A DNA stretch of 64,000 nucleotides from a virus (lineage: Duplodnaviria; Caudoviricetes). The notes beneath the pieces are model-generated. The model did not search any database. It was not told where the DNA came from and saw only the letters and a program-made list of their open reading frames with translations. Every line of letters starts with the position of its first letter. Position 1 is the stretch's first letter. Position numbers and translations under genes: made by a program. Below are positions 18,228 to 27,686 of the stretch, piece by piece. Location: the IMG/VR virus record IMGVR_UViG_3300042402_003952; one strand, 5' to 3'.

Positions 18228-18467
18228 ATGGCACAAAAATTTCTTTATATCGTAGATCACTTCGTAACTTTTCCACGTTCAGAATATGGAGGAGTTTGGA
18301 ACGTGATTGCAGAAGATGACGATGAATGTTTTGATTTGATTAAAGATTATGATGAGGGATTCAATGAAGAGTTTTATGTAAATCTTCGGGAAAAAGTAGT
18401 TAATGCAAGAACTTATGCTCTTGCCGAAGATGTAGAATCCACTGTTGTTGAATCCTTTACCACCTGA
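18228..18467 (+). CDS. conserved cyanophage hypothetical protein
   Basis: 79-aa ORF, GAGG SD. Confidence 0.65.
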   Translation: MAQKFLYIVDHFVTFPRSEYGGVWNVIAEDDDECFDLIKDYDEGFNEEFYVNLREKVVNARTYALAEDVESTVVESFTT

Positions 18468-18626
18468 TTATGACACATCACGTTGCACACACAAACAAAA
18501 TGATCTTTGATTTGAAAACTCAATATCAGGCACAAATCAGTCGTCTTCAAGATAAAATCAAAGACCAAGAAGAAGAAATTGCTAAACTCAAAACACTAAT
18601 TTCTCTTTTGTGTGTTGAAAAGGAAT

Positions 18627-18866
18627 ATGAAGTATGACCCTCAAGTTAATGATTTTGTGATTTGGAAACCCCACATCAAAGGGTGGGTTTATTATAAAGA
18701 TTCCGAATATCTGACTATTGAGACTAGAGTTAAACCTAAAGATAGTATAAATCTTTTAGACGCTCCATTTCACGCAAATAACAGATTACTTGTGATTTGT
18801 TATAAAAATCAATGGGGCGAATTAAACTACGTTAAGTCTCGCAAATCAATCTATGAAGAGGAGTAA
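18627..18866 (+). CDS. hypothetical protein
   Basis: MKYDPQVNDFVIW start. Confidence 0.6.
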   Translation: MKYDPQVNDFVIWKPHIKGWVYYKDSEYLTIETRVKPKDSINLLDAPFHANNRLLVICYKNQWGELNYVKSRKSIYEEE

Positions 18867-19095
18867 TCTCTGGAAACTCTGGGCACTTTCTTTAGGGGAA
18901 AAGGCAAGTGAATGCAACAAAGAGGCGGATAAAGTAGCAATTATCCGCACTCTTATGTTTCTTTCTATTTTCATCACTAACTGCTTTATTGTCTTTAATG
19001 CAGTAAGAACTCATATAATCCCAGCAGAAACTAAAGATATTAAGTGTAGTATTGAATATCCAAGGCATATGAATAAACCATTTGAATATGAGTAA
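18853..19095 (+). CDS. small membrane protein
   Basis: 80 aa with one TM segment. Confidence 0.6.
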   Translation: MKRSNLWKLWALSLGEKASECNKEADKVAIIRTLMFLSIFITNCFIVFNAVRTHIIPAETKDIKCSIEYPRHMNKPFEYE

Positions 19096-19127
19096 ATATA
19101 AATATTCTCATAGTGCTTAAAAAACAA

Positions 19128-19928
19128 ATGGATTCTAGAGACATTCAATCGTACCAAGAAGTTCATACTATTGATGAAGGTATCCGTTCTTCATTGAAGA
19201 GATTTCTTGGTAGAAAAAAGAAAGAAGCAGAAGCACCAAAACCAATGAGTAGAGGTGAAGTTCTACGTCAGAGATATAATGTTGGACCAGAAAAATCTGA
19301 TACTTCTGCAAAGAGACAAATTCTCAATCGTAGTCGTGCAAGAGCAGAAAGAGATGAAGAGAAATATGGTGGTTCCATATATACCAAAAAAGTTGCAGAT
19401 AAATCAAGAGAAGCACATAATCGTTATTTGAAAGCTGGTTATAGTAAGTATGGTGCTACACATACTGCAGGGAGTGCTCCCGAACAAGGTAGAGGTAATA
19501 AAGCAAGAAAAAGAGCAGCAGCACTCAATAAAGAAGAATTTGATTTCATCCTCTATCATCTTGTAAATGAGGGATATACAAATAATCTTAAAGGTGCAGA
19601 AGTCATTGCATCAAATATGAGTGAAGAATGGGTGGAGAGTATTGTTGAAGAACTTACTGGAGAAAGAAGAACAAGAGCATTAGAAAAAGGAGGATATTTA
19701 GCAAACAGGGTTGCTAGTGGAAAGGAAGGACAACCAGTAGAAAGAAGAAATCGTAGTGGTGATGTAACTATGAGAACAACTACAAAAGGACCAACTAAAA
19801 GAGGGGGTATTGGGTTTAAAGGAAAATCAAAATCAGATTGGTATGGTGGTGATGATACACACGGTTCTGGTAATAAATCAAGAAGAAGGAGAGGATTGGA
19901 AGTCAAAGATACAAGTGATGATTTATGA
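19128..19928 (+). CDS. late basic protein with L..EGY...MSE.W module (probable internal/processed virion protein)
   Basis: TATAAATA 19097-19104; MDSRDIQSYQEV..IDEG; YHLVNEGY...MSEEWVESIVEE. Confidence 0.65.
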   Translation: MDSRDIQSYQEVHTIDEGIRSSLKRFLGRKKKEAEAPKPMSRGEVLRQRYNVGPEKSDTSAKRQILNRSRARAERDEEKYGGSIYTKKVADKSREAHNRYLKAGYSKYGATHTAGSAPEQGRGNKARKRAAALNKEEFDFILYHLVNEGYTNNLKGAEVIASNMSEEWVESIVEELTGERRTRALEKGGYLANRVASGKEGQPVERRNRSGDVTMRTTTKGPTKRGGIGFKGKSKSDWYGGDDTHGSGNKSRRRRGLEVKDTSDDL

Positions 19929-19955
19929 GTTGAGACCACTTCCCAAACCGTCTCA

Positions 19956-19980
19956 AGGTGCTCCCGAGGCACCTTTTTTT
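19956..19980 (+). terminator. intrinsic terminator
   Basis: AGGTGC-TCCCGAG-GCACCT + T-run. Confidence 0.75.
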
Positions 19981-20025
19981 ATGAAAAACACTTTTACAAA
20001 ATAAATAATCAAAAAGTGTTTAAAA

Positions 20026-20523
20026 ATGAAAAACTTTACTCAATTTAATGAAGATATGCAATCATTAAGGAGAAATCTTGATGCCATATCAAAACAGGAT
20101 GCTCCAGCAGAAAGACTTGCACAGAGAAGAAGAATTGCTGCTGAAAGATCAAAAACTTCTGCAAGTGACTTTGTAGAAAGACAGAAAGCAAATATACAAG
20201 CACAAAAAGAAAAATATGCACAAATGAGACAAGATTATGAAGAAAGACAGGAACAATTAAGAGCAAAGAGGCAGGCAGAAAAAGAAAAAAAAGAAGCGGA
20301 AAGACAAGCAAGATTAGAAAGACAAAATCAACAGAAAGAAGAGTTGTATTTGGAGCAAACTCCAATAATGAAACCTAATCTTTATAGTCAGTTAGTTGCA
20401 AGGCGCCAGGCAGCACAAAAATCAGCACATATTAAACACGTCCATCAAGAAATAGGTGCAGAAGCAAGATCGCAAGAGGCAGCACATCAAGCAAGACTTA
20501 AAAAACTCACTGGGACACCTTGA
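20026..20523 (+). CDS. late coiled-coil protein with capsid-targeting-like N-terminus
   Basis: ATAAATA at 20001; MKNFTQFNED; charged heptads. Confidence 0.6.
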   Translation: MKNFTQFNEDMQSLRRNLDAISKQDAPAERLAQRRRIAAERSKTSASDFVERQKANIQAQKEKYAQMRQDYEERQEQLRAKRQAEKEKKEAERQARLERQNQQKEELYLEQTPIMKPNLYSQLVARRQAAQKSAHIKHVHQEIGAEARSQEAAHQARLKKLTGTP

Positions 20524-20569
20524 GAACTGGCACACTCCCCTTGCCGCGCCGCCCAATCTGGGGTATGAT
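20512..20569 (+). promoter_or_regulatory. early promoter element copy 6
   Basis: GGGACA-N10-TGGCAC; TTGCCG-17-TATGAT. Confidence 0.8.
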
Positions 20570-20933
20570 ACTTAAGTTCGGTTGGAAAAGGTCAAATGGA
20601 CGACTTCGATGATTTTCAGATTGAAGAAATCTCTGGATTTGATTTTGCAGAAGCATCCTTCGATAATTTCTTTGAAGATGATGATGAAGATAGGATTTTC
20701 AACTCCTTTTTAAAAAGTAATTACGAGTACTGATTTTTAGTTTTATTCTAATTTTCATTTTTAATTTATGACTCCCGACACGTACAATTTTACTGGTGAT
20801 GCTACAACCTTCCTTGGTGCTGTTGGTGTTATTTCGGCGTTTATTATTGTTAGCACTGCTTTCCGCAGGTTCTTCAATAGCCCTTACAATGTTCGTGTAA
20901 AGACTCAAGCAAACACTGAAACTCCTGAAATCA

Positions 20934-21122
20934 ATGACTGATACTGTTAATGTTCTCCCGCATCTCCAAGAACTTCAACAAACTTGGAGGCGACAAAATT
21001 TTAGTATGACCCAATCGCAGAAAGAAGAGTATGAAATGCTCCTTCAAGCAAGACGAGAGAGGGTAAAATACTTTTATGCGAATGGATTGGTCTCAAAGGG
21101 TCGCGCTAAAGCGGACACTTGA
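20934..21122 (+). CDS. conserved cyanophage hypothetical protein
   Basis: 62-aa ORF. Confidence 0.65.
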   Translation: MTDTVNVLPHLQELQQTWRRQNFSMTQSQKEEYEMLLQARRERVKYFYANGLVSKGRAKADT

Positions 21123-21170
21123 CGGACTGGCACACGGGCACTTGACCTACCCCAGGTTTCCTGGTATGAT
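21112..21170 (+). promoter_or_regulatory. early promoter element copy 7
   Basis: CGGACA-N10-TGGCAC; TTGACC-17-TATGAT. Confidence 0.85.
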
Positions 21171-21192
21171 ACTCTCATAAGCAACCAAACCG

Positions 21193-21378
21193 ATGGAACT
21201 CCCAAAAATTGGTGACATTAAAGTTCGAATTAGAAACAGTTCAGACGGAACTTTTATTGTTCAGGTTGATGAATTCAAAGAAAACACCTTGAGAGGTGAT
21301 TCTTATTGGCAAAATATAGTATTCAAAGAATACAAGAAAGAACAAGACGCAATTAAGTTTGCTTCCCGTTTTCAATAA
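21193..21378 (+). CDS. hypothetical protein
   Basis: 61-aa ORF after promoter. Confidence 0.6.
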   Translation: MELPKIGDIKVRIRNSSDGTFIVQVDEFKENTLRGDSYWQNIVFKEYKKEQDAIKFASRFQ

Positions 21379-21403
21379 CCTCACACAAAACAAACCCATC
21401 TTT

Positions 21404-21547
21404 ATGAAGTATTTGGTTGATCTTTACGTTGGTGGTAAGGTCTTTAAGGAAGAAGTTTATGCTAATTCCCCAAAAGATGCGCGGGAAACTGCTCAAGCAA
21501 GAAATCCGACTGCAAAAGTAGTTGGTGTTAATGTTTCTTTCAAATGA
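21404..21547 (+). CDS. small conserved cyanophage protein
   Basis: MKYLVDLYVGGKVFKEEVYA...ARNPTAKVVGVN. Confidence 0.6.
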   Translation: MKYLVDLYVGGKVFKEEVYANSPKDARETAQARNPTAKVVGVNVSFK

Positions 21548-21828
21548 GTTCAATGACTGTTGATTTTTCTAAATCAAATCTTTCCAAGATTCAACCTAAA
21601 TTAAGAACTCAAGGAGTTGTATCTGGCAATTTTGGAAAAGCAAAGGTAAAATCAGGTTCTTCTCTTAAAGAACTTGGCAATACCAATGTTAAAGTAGTTA
21701 AATGTGCTACTCAAGATGAGTATCTCACTCGTCTTTACAAAGCATTTGATGCGACTGATGATTCTAAACTGAAACAGTTTATTTACACCGAAATTCGCAA
21801 AATTCTTGTTCAAAGAGGGCAATGGTGA
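21544..21828 (+). CDS. hypothetical protein
   Basis: 94-aa coupled ORF. Confidence 0.65.
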   Translation: MSSMTVDFSKSNLSKIQPKLRTQGVVSGNFGKAKVKSGSSLKELGNTNVKVVKCATQDEYLTRLYKAFDATDDSKLKQFIYTEIRKILVQRGQW

Positions 21829-21847
21829 GTGTATAACTAATATCACT

Positions 21848-21905
21848 GTGCCACTTCTTCTAGTGGCACATAACACTTTACAAGGCACGGTCATCGTGCT
21901 ATGAT
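21848..21905 (+). promoter_or_regulatory. early promoter element copy 8
   Basis: GTGCCAC-N8-GTGGCAC; TTTACA-17-TATGAT. Confidence 0.85.
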
Positions 21906-22117
21906 GTATTCATCAAGTCAAGGAGGTTTCAATGGTGTTCAAAAATCAAAACCCAATAGATGATTACGAAGACTTTGCTCTTAAATATCTTGGTATTGAC
22001 CTTGAAGATTATGTCGAATTTATTGGGGACTATGAAGTTCAAGATGAGGAACTAGAATACTCCCTGTCTGCTTGACTTATAGACCGCTGCAGTTCGGTCT
22101 CTAAATATAAACTGTTC

Positions 22118-22188
22118 GGGGAATTAGTTAAACGGTATAACGGGTGCTTTGCAAGCACTTATTAGCAGTTCGATTCTGCTATTCTCCA
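22118..22188 (+). tRNA. trnA: tRNA-Ala(UGC)
   Basis: acceptor GGGGAAT/ATTCTCC with G3:U70; D stem GTTA/TAAC; anticodon loop TTTGCAA; T loop TTCGATT; no encoded CCA. Confidence 0.92.
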
Positions 22189-22229
22189 TTGGGAATAGTA
22201 ATTCCCAAATAGTCCATTACTATTTGTAT

Positions 22230-22454
22230 ATGTCTGACAAACTGATTGCTCTTGCTGCTGAAATCGTTGATACCAACCCTGCTGGTGCTCAACTGATTGT
22301 GAATCTGACTAATGCAGAAACTGGTGCTAAACTGATTGAAGCACTGGATAATTATGACTCCACTGTTCTTGAGAATCATACTGAACCCGTGGATTCTGAA
22401 GATGACGGTTATGTGTCTCTTACTGATGCTAAAGGTGCTGTAAATACTCTCTGA
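22230..22454 (+). CDS. hypothetical protein
   Basis: MSDKLIALAAE start downstream of the tRNA. Confidence 0.6.
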   Translation: MSDKLIALAAEIVDTNPAGAQLIVNLTNAETGAKLIEALDNYDSTVLENHTEPVDSEDDGYVSLTDAKGAVNTL

Positions 22455-22490
22455 TTATTCTTTTTCTGATTCCTTTACTTTAACTTTATT

Positions 22491-22742
22491 ATGGCACGTC
22501 GTAGCAAATCTGCTTCTCGTCAAGTGGTTGAATCTCTGAAAGACCAACTCACTGAGTATTTCCGTGAAAATGTCTTTGATGATTGTGATTATGAAAACCT
22601 GACTGGTTCTGAACTCTTTGAGGCACTGGTTGAAACATTCAAAGAACTTGAGAATGACCTCAAGGAAGAACTGAAACCCATTCAATATGTACTAAATAAA
22701 CTTGACCCAGAGGATTCTGAATCTCAAGTCCTTAACGGTTAA
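22491..22742 (+). CDS. acidic hypothetical protein
   Basis: 83-aa ORF. Confidence 0.65.
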   Translation: MARRSKSASRQVVESLKDQLTEYFRENVFDDCDYENLTGSELFEALVETFKELENDLKEELKPIQYVLNKLDPEDSESQVLNG

Positions 22743-22829
22743 TTTCTACGGGCATTAAAGGTCCAAACTTTAAGTAAGTCCCACACCCTCTATGCCTCTT
22801 AATAATGCACAAACAGGAGGGTCTCTTAT

Positions 22830-22902
22830 GGGGCAGCAGCATGACGGATCATGCACCATCCTTCTAAGATGTAAGATGGGGGTTCAAATCCCTCCTGCCC
22901 TG
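22830..22902 (+). tRNA. trnR: tRNA-Arg(UCU)
   Basis: acceptor GGGGCAG/CTGCCCT; D stem GCAT/ATGC; anticodon loop CTTCTAA; T loop TTCAAAT. Confidence 0.88.
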
Positions 22903-22919
22903 CTTTATTTTTTATTACA

Positions 22920-23690
22920 ATGAAACTCAAAGTTCTTAGTGATTTGCACCTGGAGCACTTTGTTGCTTGTCAAGTATTTGATGTTGGTGAAGGTGATGTT
23001 CTAGTTCTTGCTGGGGACATTCTTTGTGCCAAGCACTTTAAGACTGATGGATATATTCACGCAGTCTATGATAGGTTCCTGAGTGATTGCAGTAAGAACT
23101 ATGATAAAGTTCTGTATGTGATGGGAAATCATGAGCCGTATGGATACAATTATGAGGGAACAAAAAAGAAACTAAAAGAGAATCTTCCTCATAATTTCCA
23201 TCTCCTTGATAATGATACAATAACTATCAACAACTGGAACTTTATTGGTTTTACACTCTGGACTGATTTTCGTAATGAAAATGCTCTGGAAATGATGGAG
23301 GCAGAGTGCAATATGAATGATTACAAAGTCATTCGTATTGGTAGTATGTATCGTAAATTGAGAGCAGATGATACTCTTGCATTTCATAAGGAAAGCAAGA
23401 AGTATCTCCTCAAGCAACTACAAACACTGAATGAGAACGTATTTGTCATCAGTCATCACTCACCGAGTTGTCAATCGGTTCCGCAGCAATACAAGAATAA
23501 TGCAAATGGTGCTTATTGTAGTAATCTTGATGATGTTATTGTGAATCACCAACAAATCAAGTATTGGGTTCATGGACACACCCACAATCACTTTGATTAT
23601 GGTATAGAACAGTGTAGAGTGATTTGTAATCCTGGTGGTTATCCAGGTCAAGATACTGGTTTTAATCCAAACTTTGAAATTCAACTGTGA
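22920..23690 (+). CDS. calcineurin-like metallophosphoesterase
   Basis: SDLH, LAGDI, GNHE, SHH.P, HGHTH motifs. Confidence 0.9.
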   Translation: MKLKVLSDLHLEHFVACQVFDVGEGDVLVLAGDILCAKHFKTDGYIHAVYDRFLSDCSKNYDKVLYVMGNHEPYGYNYEGTKKKLKENLPHNFHLLDNDTITINNWNFIGFTLWTDFRNENALEMMEAECNMNDYKVIRIGSMYRKLRADDTLAFHKESKKYLLKQLQTLNENVFVISHHSPSCQSVPQQYKNNANGAYCSNLDDVIVNHQQIKYWVHGHTHNHFDYGIEQCRVICNPGGYPGQDTGFNPNFEIQL

Positions 23691-23941
23691 TTATGACAAT
23701 CAAACAAATCGAAAGCATTTTTTCTGAATCTGGAGTTGTAAAAGTTTCAGCAGTAATTGAGGATTCTATTTTGATGTATTCTCAAACTCTTTATGACCCT
23801 GCTGAATATGGACCTGCTATTTGTGAGGCATCATTTGAGTTAGATGAAGATGAGATTCTTCCAGACGATGAAGATAAACTTATTCAGTTTCTTGAAAATC
23901 TCAATTTGGACTGGATTTTAATAGATAGTAGTGATTACTAA
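23687..23941 (+). CDS. conserved cyanophage hypothetical protein
   Basis: 84 aa; Q..YDPAEYGPA.C. Confidence 0.65.
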   Translation: MIMTIKQIESIFSESGVVKVSAVIEDSILMYSQTLYDPAEYGPAICEASFELDEDEILPDDEDKLIQFLENLNLDWILIDSSDY

Positions 23942-24045
23942 CTAAAAAAATGAAAGACCTAACATTAGATGAAATGTTGGAAATTGCTGCTCAACGAGAA
24001 GCGGCAAATGAAGCACTACTAAAACGCCAAGAAGAGGATAGTGGG

Positions 24046-24103
24046 GGGACACTTGGGGAACCGTCCCCTGAAACCCCCACAGACCCCTCTGATGCCCTAT
24101 CAT
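24046..24103 (+). promoter_or_regulatory. early promoter element copy 9
   Basis: GGGACA-N10-CGTCCC, 30 nt, TATCAT. Confidence 0.75.
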
Positions 24104-24259
24104 AGTCCTATGAGAAATCAAGGGAATGACCACTCCAAATTGGCAACACAATTCAGGAAAAGATAAGAATACAAAAGGTTCTTGCAAGGGGAAACTCAAA
24201 GCAAGAAAGCAAGCACTTCAACACATCAAACGCAAACTCAAAGTAATCTGATGACCTAT

Positions 24260-24424
24260 CAAAATCTTTTGGAGATTCTTCAGACTCTGACTCTGGAGCA
24301 GTTGAAGTCTGATGTGTCAATTTATGATATTGCCAATGATGAGTTTTATCCGATGAATAGTTTTCATTTCTCGGACCATACAACTCAAGTTCTTGACACT
24401 GACCACCCTTACGTTTCTTTCTGA
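24260..24424 (+). CDS. small hypothetical protein
   Basis: MTYQNLLEILQTL...DHPYVSF. Confidence 0.55.
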   Translation, partial: QNLLEILQTLTLEQLKSDVSIYDIANDEFYPMNSFHFSDHTTQVLDTDHPYVSF

Positions 24425-24426
24425 TT

Positions 24427-24693
24427 ATGTATCGCAATCTTGCTAATCTCAAGCAACGGGTTGATGACCTGATTGCAACGTATGGTGAAGATGCCTATGT
24501 TGCTGCATTTGTTTTCAGTCCTGCTGATGTATTCACTATGGATGAGAACTTTGTAGAGCAATATCTTCCTGATGAAGATGCTTGTGAAGTTCTTTATGAA
24601 GTAGGAAATACTGATTACATTTATCAAGTAATTGGTGAATGTATTGATGATGAAGTTGCCCGTCTGAAACTCAAGCAAAGTATCAAAAAATGA
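24427..24693 (+). CDS. hypothetical protein
   Basis: 88-aa ORF. Confidence 0.65.
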   Translation: MYRNLANLKQRVDDLIATYGEDAYVAAFVFSPADVFTMDENFVEQYLPDEDACEVLYEVGNTDYIYQVIGECIDDEVARLKLKQSIKK

Positions 24694-25067
24694 AAGAAGT
24701 CACCATCACTGTTAAACTTCTCCTTGAGGATGACCAACCTTCTTGCGATTGGATTTATGAAAGTATCTACGAACAACTGAATCACGATGCAGGAGAATCA
24801 ATTCTTGAGTATTCTGACGATGAACCAGTGCTTTTCCGTTGGATTGACTGACTGACGAAAGCAAACCTTCAACACAATCAATTTATTTTAATGGCAAAAG
24901 CACTGACTGACGAAATGCGCCAACTTCGCGCTGATATTGTTGAGTTTGTGAATCTTGCAATCAATGAGAAACAAGATGCTTCTTTTTATACTGACGAGCA
25001 AGTAATTGAACTTAAAAAGCAAGCACAACGTATCTCTAAGTTTCTTGGTGTAGTTAAGTAGAGTGGT

Positions 25068-25125
25068 GTGCCACCTGTAGCACTGGCACATTTAACCCCC
25101 GCAGACCCCCCTGATGCCCTATAAT
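25068..25125 (+). promoter_or_regulatory. early promoter element copy 10
   Basis: GTGCCA-N10-TGGCAC, 30 nt, TATAAT. Confidence 0.85.
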
Positions 25126-25149
25126 ACAGGGACACAAGCAAAGGAGACC

Positions 25150-25392
25150 ATGACGGTTCTTGATGTTTTCCACTACACTACTTCTCGTTGGGATTGGCAC
25201 GAAGGTAATGTAAATCAAATGTGGATTCAAGAGATTGAGCAATCGGAAGATTACTACAGTTATGTTGCTGTTGCTTACAATCCTCGCAAGGATGCAACTA
25301 TGGTAATGTCTGAACCACGTTGCTATGCTGATACCTTGAACTGGGTTCGTAAGTTCTGTGGTTCTTTCTGCATTCTTCCTCAATACTGCTGA
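25150..25392 (+). CDS. hypothetical protein
   Basis: MTVLDVFHY start after AAGGAG SD. Confidence 0.65.
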   Translation: MTVLDVFHYTTSRWDWHEGNVNQMWIQEIEQSEDYYSYVAVAYNPRKDATMVMSEPRCYADTLNWVRKFCGSFCILPQYC

Positions 25393-25394
25393 TT

Positions 25395-25580
25395 ATGAGA
25401 TTTGTTGGTAATTGTATCAATTCATTTGATGAATTTGGGAATTGTATTATTCCCCAACTTCCTTTCTCCAATGTTACTGATTTCGCACAACTTGTGGAAG
25501 AAAATGATAATGTAGAGATTGGAAATTTTGTTATTCAGTATAACCAAGAAACTGACGTTCATTCATTTTTTTTCAAATGA
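25395..25580 (+). CDS. hypothetical protein
   Basis: 61-aa ORF. Confidence 0.55.
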   Translation: MRFVGNCINSFDEFGNCIIPQLPFSNVTDFAQLVEENDNVEIGNFVIQYNQETDVHSFFFK

Positions 25581-25879
25581 CTTTCACCTTCCCTCGTCTG
25601 TCTGCTGGTATCTACGAAGTACAGAAGGATTCTAACACAGTTGGATTCATTCGTAAAGTCAATGCTGGTAAGTGGATGGTTGCTGATGTTGTAGATACTC
25701 CACAAGAGGTCACAAAGACTCTCAAAGATGCAAAGGATGCTTGTATCAATCTCATCATCTTTAATGTACTTGACAAGACTTCAGATAGTGAGTATGATAC
25801 CTTTGTCCAGGATGATAAGAATAGTGTAGATAAGTTTAAGACTCTTAAGGAACCAACTCTGGACCCTATCTTATTCTGA
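25577..25879 (+). CDS. hypothetical protein
   Basis: 100-aa coupled ORF. Confidence 0.65.
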   Translation: MTFTFPRLSAGIYEVQKDSNTVGFIRKVNAGKWMVADVVDTPQEVTKTLKDAKDACINLIIFNVLDKTSDSEYDTFVQDDKNSVDKFKTLKEPTLDPILF

Positions 25880-25937
25880 GTGCCACTTGTGGAACCGTCC
25901 AGCATCTCTCCCAAACCCACGGGAGAGATGCTATACT
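25880..25937 (+). promoter_or_regulatory. early promoter element copy 11
   Basis: GTGCCA-N10-CGTCCA, 30 nt (hairpin GCATCTCTC/GAGAGATGC), TATACT. Confidence 0.8.
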
Positions 25938-25960
25938 GTATGAATACAAACGTTAATTGA

Positions 25961-27196
25961 TTGATGCTGACTCTTCTTCCTTATCAACAACGTGCTCTTG
26001 ATGCTGTGCAAAAAGCAATCAGGGGTTCTGTCTATATTCCTACTGGTGGCGGTAAGACTGTTGTGATGATGGAAGATGCTCGTCAACGTGTTCTTAACGC
26101 AAAAGAACCGATGACGTTTGTTGTTGTTGCACCTCGTATTCTGCTTGCAAATCAACTCTGCTCAGAGTTTGAAGAGTATCTCAAAGACCAGAATGTTGCT
26201 TATATTCACGTTCATAGTGGAGAAACTCATCATCAATCCACTACACGTTCAGCAGTCATTGCCGAATACAATGACACTGCAATCGGAAGTGGCAAGCATC
26301 AGTTCATTTTCACTACTTACAATTCGATTGGTCGGGTGAACGAAGCAGACATTAACATTGATGTGGTGTATTTTGATGAAGCACACCACTGTGTGAAACC
26401 TTCTAACTTTGTGGGTATTGCTCACACTTCATCAGTTGCAGATAATGCTTATTTCTTCACTGCAACTCCGAAGTTCAATAACAGCAAAGAGTCGATGAAC
26501 AATACTGATGTTTATGGCAACAACATCATCAGTATTCCTGCACAAGAATTGATTGATGCAGGTAGTATCATTCCCCCTAAAGTTGTGCCTTATGAAGCAC
26601 AAACCATTCGCACCAAAGAAAATGCACCTTTTGTAGATGCAGAAAACATTGTAGGTATTCTGTCAGAGATTTCTGATTGTGATGCTCCTAAAGTTCTTGT
26701 TGCTGCTCCTAGCACCAAAGTAATTTGGGCAATGTTCACTGAGAGTGATTTGCTGCAACAACTCAATGACATGGGTTATACCATTATGCACATCACTTCC
26801 AAGCACGGTGCTTATATTGATAAGAATAAAGTATCCCGTGAAGTTTTCTTTGAGAGGATGAATGAGTTTGGTGCAGATCCAGACAAGAAGTTCATTGTAT
26901 TTCATTACTCTATCTTGAGTGAGGGAATCAATGTCCAAGGTTTGACTCATTGCATTATGCTTCGCAATCTTCCTATGATTGAAATGTGTCAAACGATTGG
27001 TCGGGTCATCCGTATGCACAGAGAAGACCGTAAAGCAATCGCAGAAGGTAAGATGAAGGCAGGAGAGTTTGCATTTTATCGCAAACCCTTTGGTACTATT
27101 ACCATTCCCGTTAATAATAACTATGGGGATAGGATTGCTCGACAACTTCAAAGTGTGATTGACACTGTTTTTGTGAAAGGTGAAGTGGTTGTATAA
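25961..27196 (+). CDS. SF2 DEAD/DEAH-box helicase (type III Res-subunit-like)
   Basis: PTGGGKT, DEAHH, TATP, LSEGINV, QTIGRVIR. Confidence 0.9.
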   Translation: MMLTLLPYQQRALDAVQKAIRGSVYIPTGGGKTVVMMEDARQRVLNAKEPMTFVVVAPRILLANQLCSEFEEYLKDQNVAYIHVHSGETHHQSTTRSAVIAEYNDTAIGSGKHQFIFTTYNSIGRVNEADINIDVVYFDEAHHCVKPSNFVGIAHTSSVADNAYFFTATPKFNNSKESMNNTDVYGNNIISIPAQELIDAGSIIPPKVVPYEAQTIRTKENAPFVDAENIVGILSEISDCDAPKVLVAAPSTKVIWAMFTESDLLQQLNDMGYTIMHITSKHGAYIDKNKVSREVFFERMNEFGADPDKKFIVFHYSILSEGINVQGLTHCIMLRNLPMIEMCQTIGRVIRMHREDRKAIAEGKMKAGEFAFYRKPFGTITIPVNNNYGDRIARQLQSVIDTVFVKGEVVV

Positions 27197-27223
27197 ATCT
27201 CTATGTGTCCCACATAGAATACA

Positions 27224-27388
27224 ATGCCCTTCACTAAAAAGTTTCCTAAATCAGGTGAAACTAAACACATTCGAGTTCCAGTAATTTATGCTAACCTTGT
27301 ATTAGAACTAATGGAACTCTTTGAGAATAAATTTGAACCAGAAAGGGGAACACATCTTCTCAGAAAGTACATTAACAATCTCAGTTGA
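27224..27388 (+). CDS. 54-aa putative ribbon-helix-helix DNA-binding protein
   Basis: hand translated MPFTKKFPKSGETKHIRVPVIYANLVLELMELFE... Confidence 0.55.
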   Translation: MPFTKKFPKSGETKHIRVPVIYANLVLELMELFENKFEPERGTHLLRKYINNLS

Positions 27389-27403
27389 GTCCAATGTGTC
27401 TGT

Positions 27404-27461
27404 GTGCCACTTGTAGGGGTGGCACACTAAAAGAGCACAGACCCCTCTGGGGTGCTATCAT
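27404..27461 (+). promoter_or_regulatory. early promoter element copy 12
   Basis: GTGCCAC-N8-GTGGCAC, 30 nt, TATCAT. Confidence 0.85.
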
Positions 27462-27485
27462 TACAAAGTAATCGGTTGAGGAGCA

Positions 27486-27686
27486 ATGTTTAATCTGATT
27501 TCTGGTTTCACAATGGGTGAGTGTAGTGAGTTGATTACTTGTGCTTATAACTCTGCTGCTTGGTATCGCTACCTTGCACAAGATAGTGAGCAGAATCGTG
27601 ATTATTGGTTGGAGCGTGCAGAGAAATCTGAACTGCTTGCCGATAAGTTGAATGATGCCTACTCCAAGGCACTTTACGTTGCTTGA
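27486..27686 (+). CDS. hypothetical protein
   Basis: 66 aa, GAGGAG SD. Confidence 0.65.
   Translation: MFNLISGFTMGECSELITCAYNSAAWYRYLAQDSEQNRDYWLERAEKSELLADKLNDAYSKALYVA

Noticed and set aside
22080-22100. AGACCG-CTGCAGTT-CGGTCT hairpin as a fourth tRNA or tRNA fragment
   Set aside because: Contains GTTCG but no acceptor, D or anticodon arms; more likely a leader hairpin for tRNA-Ala
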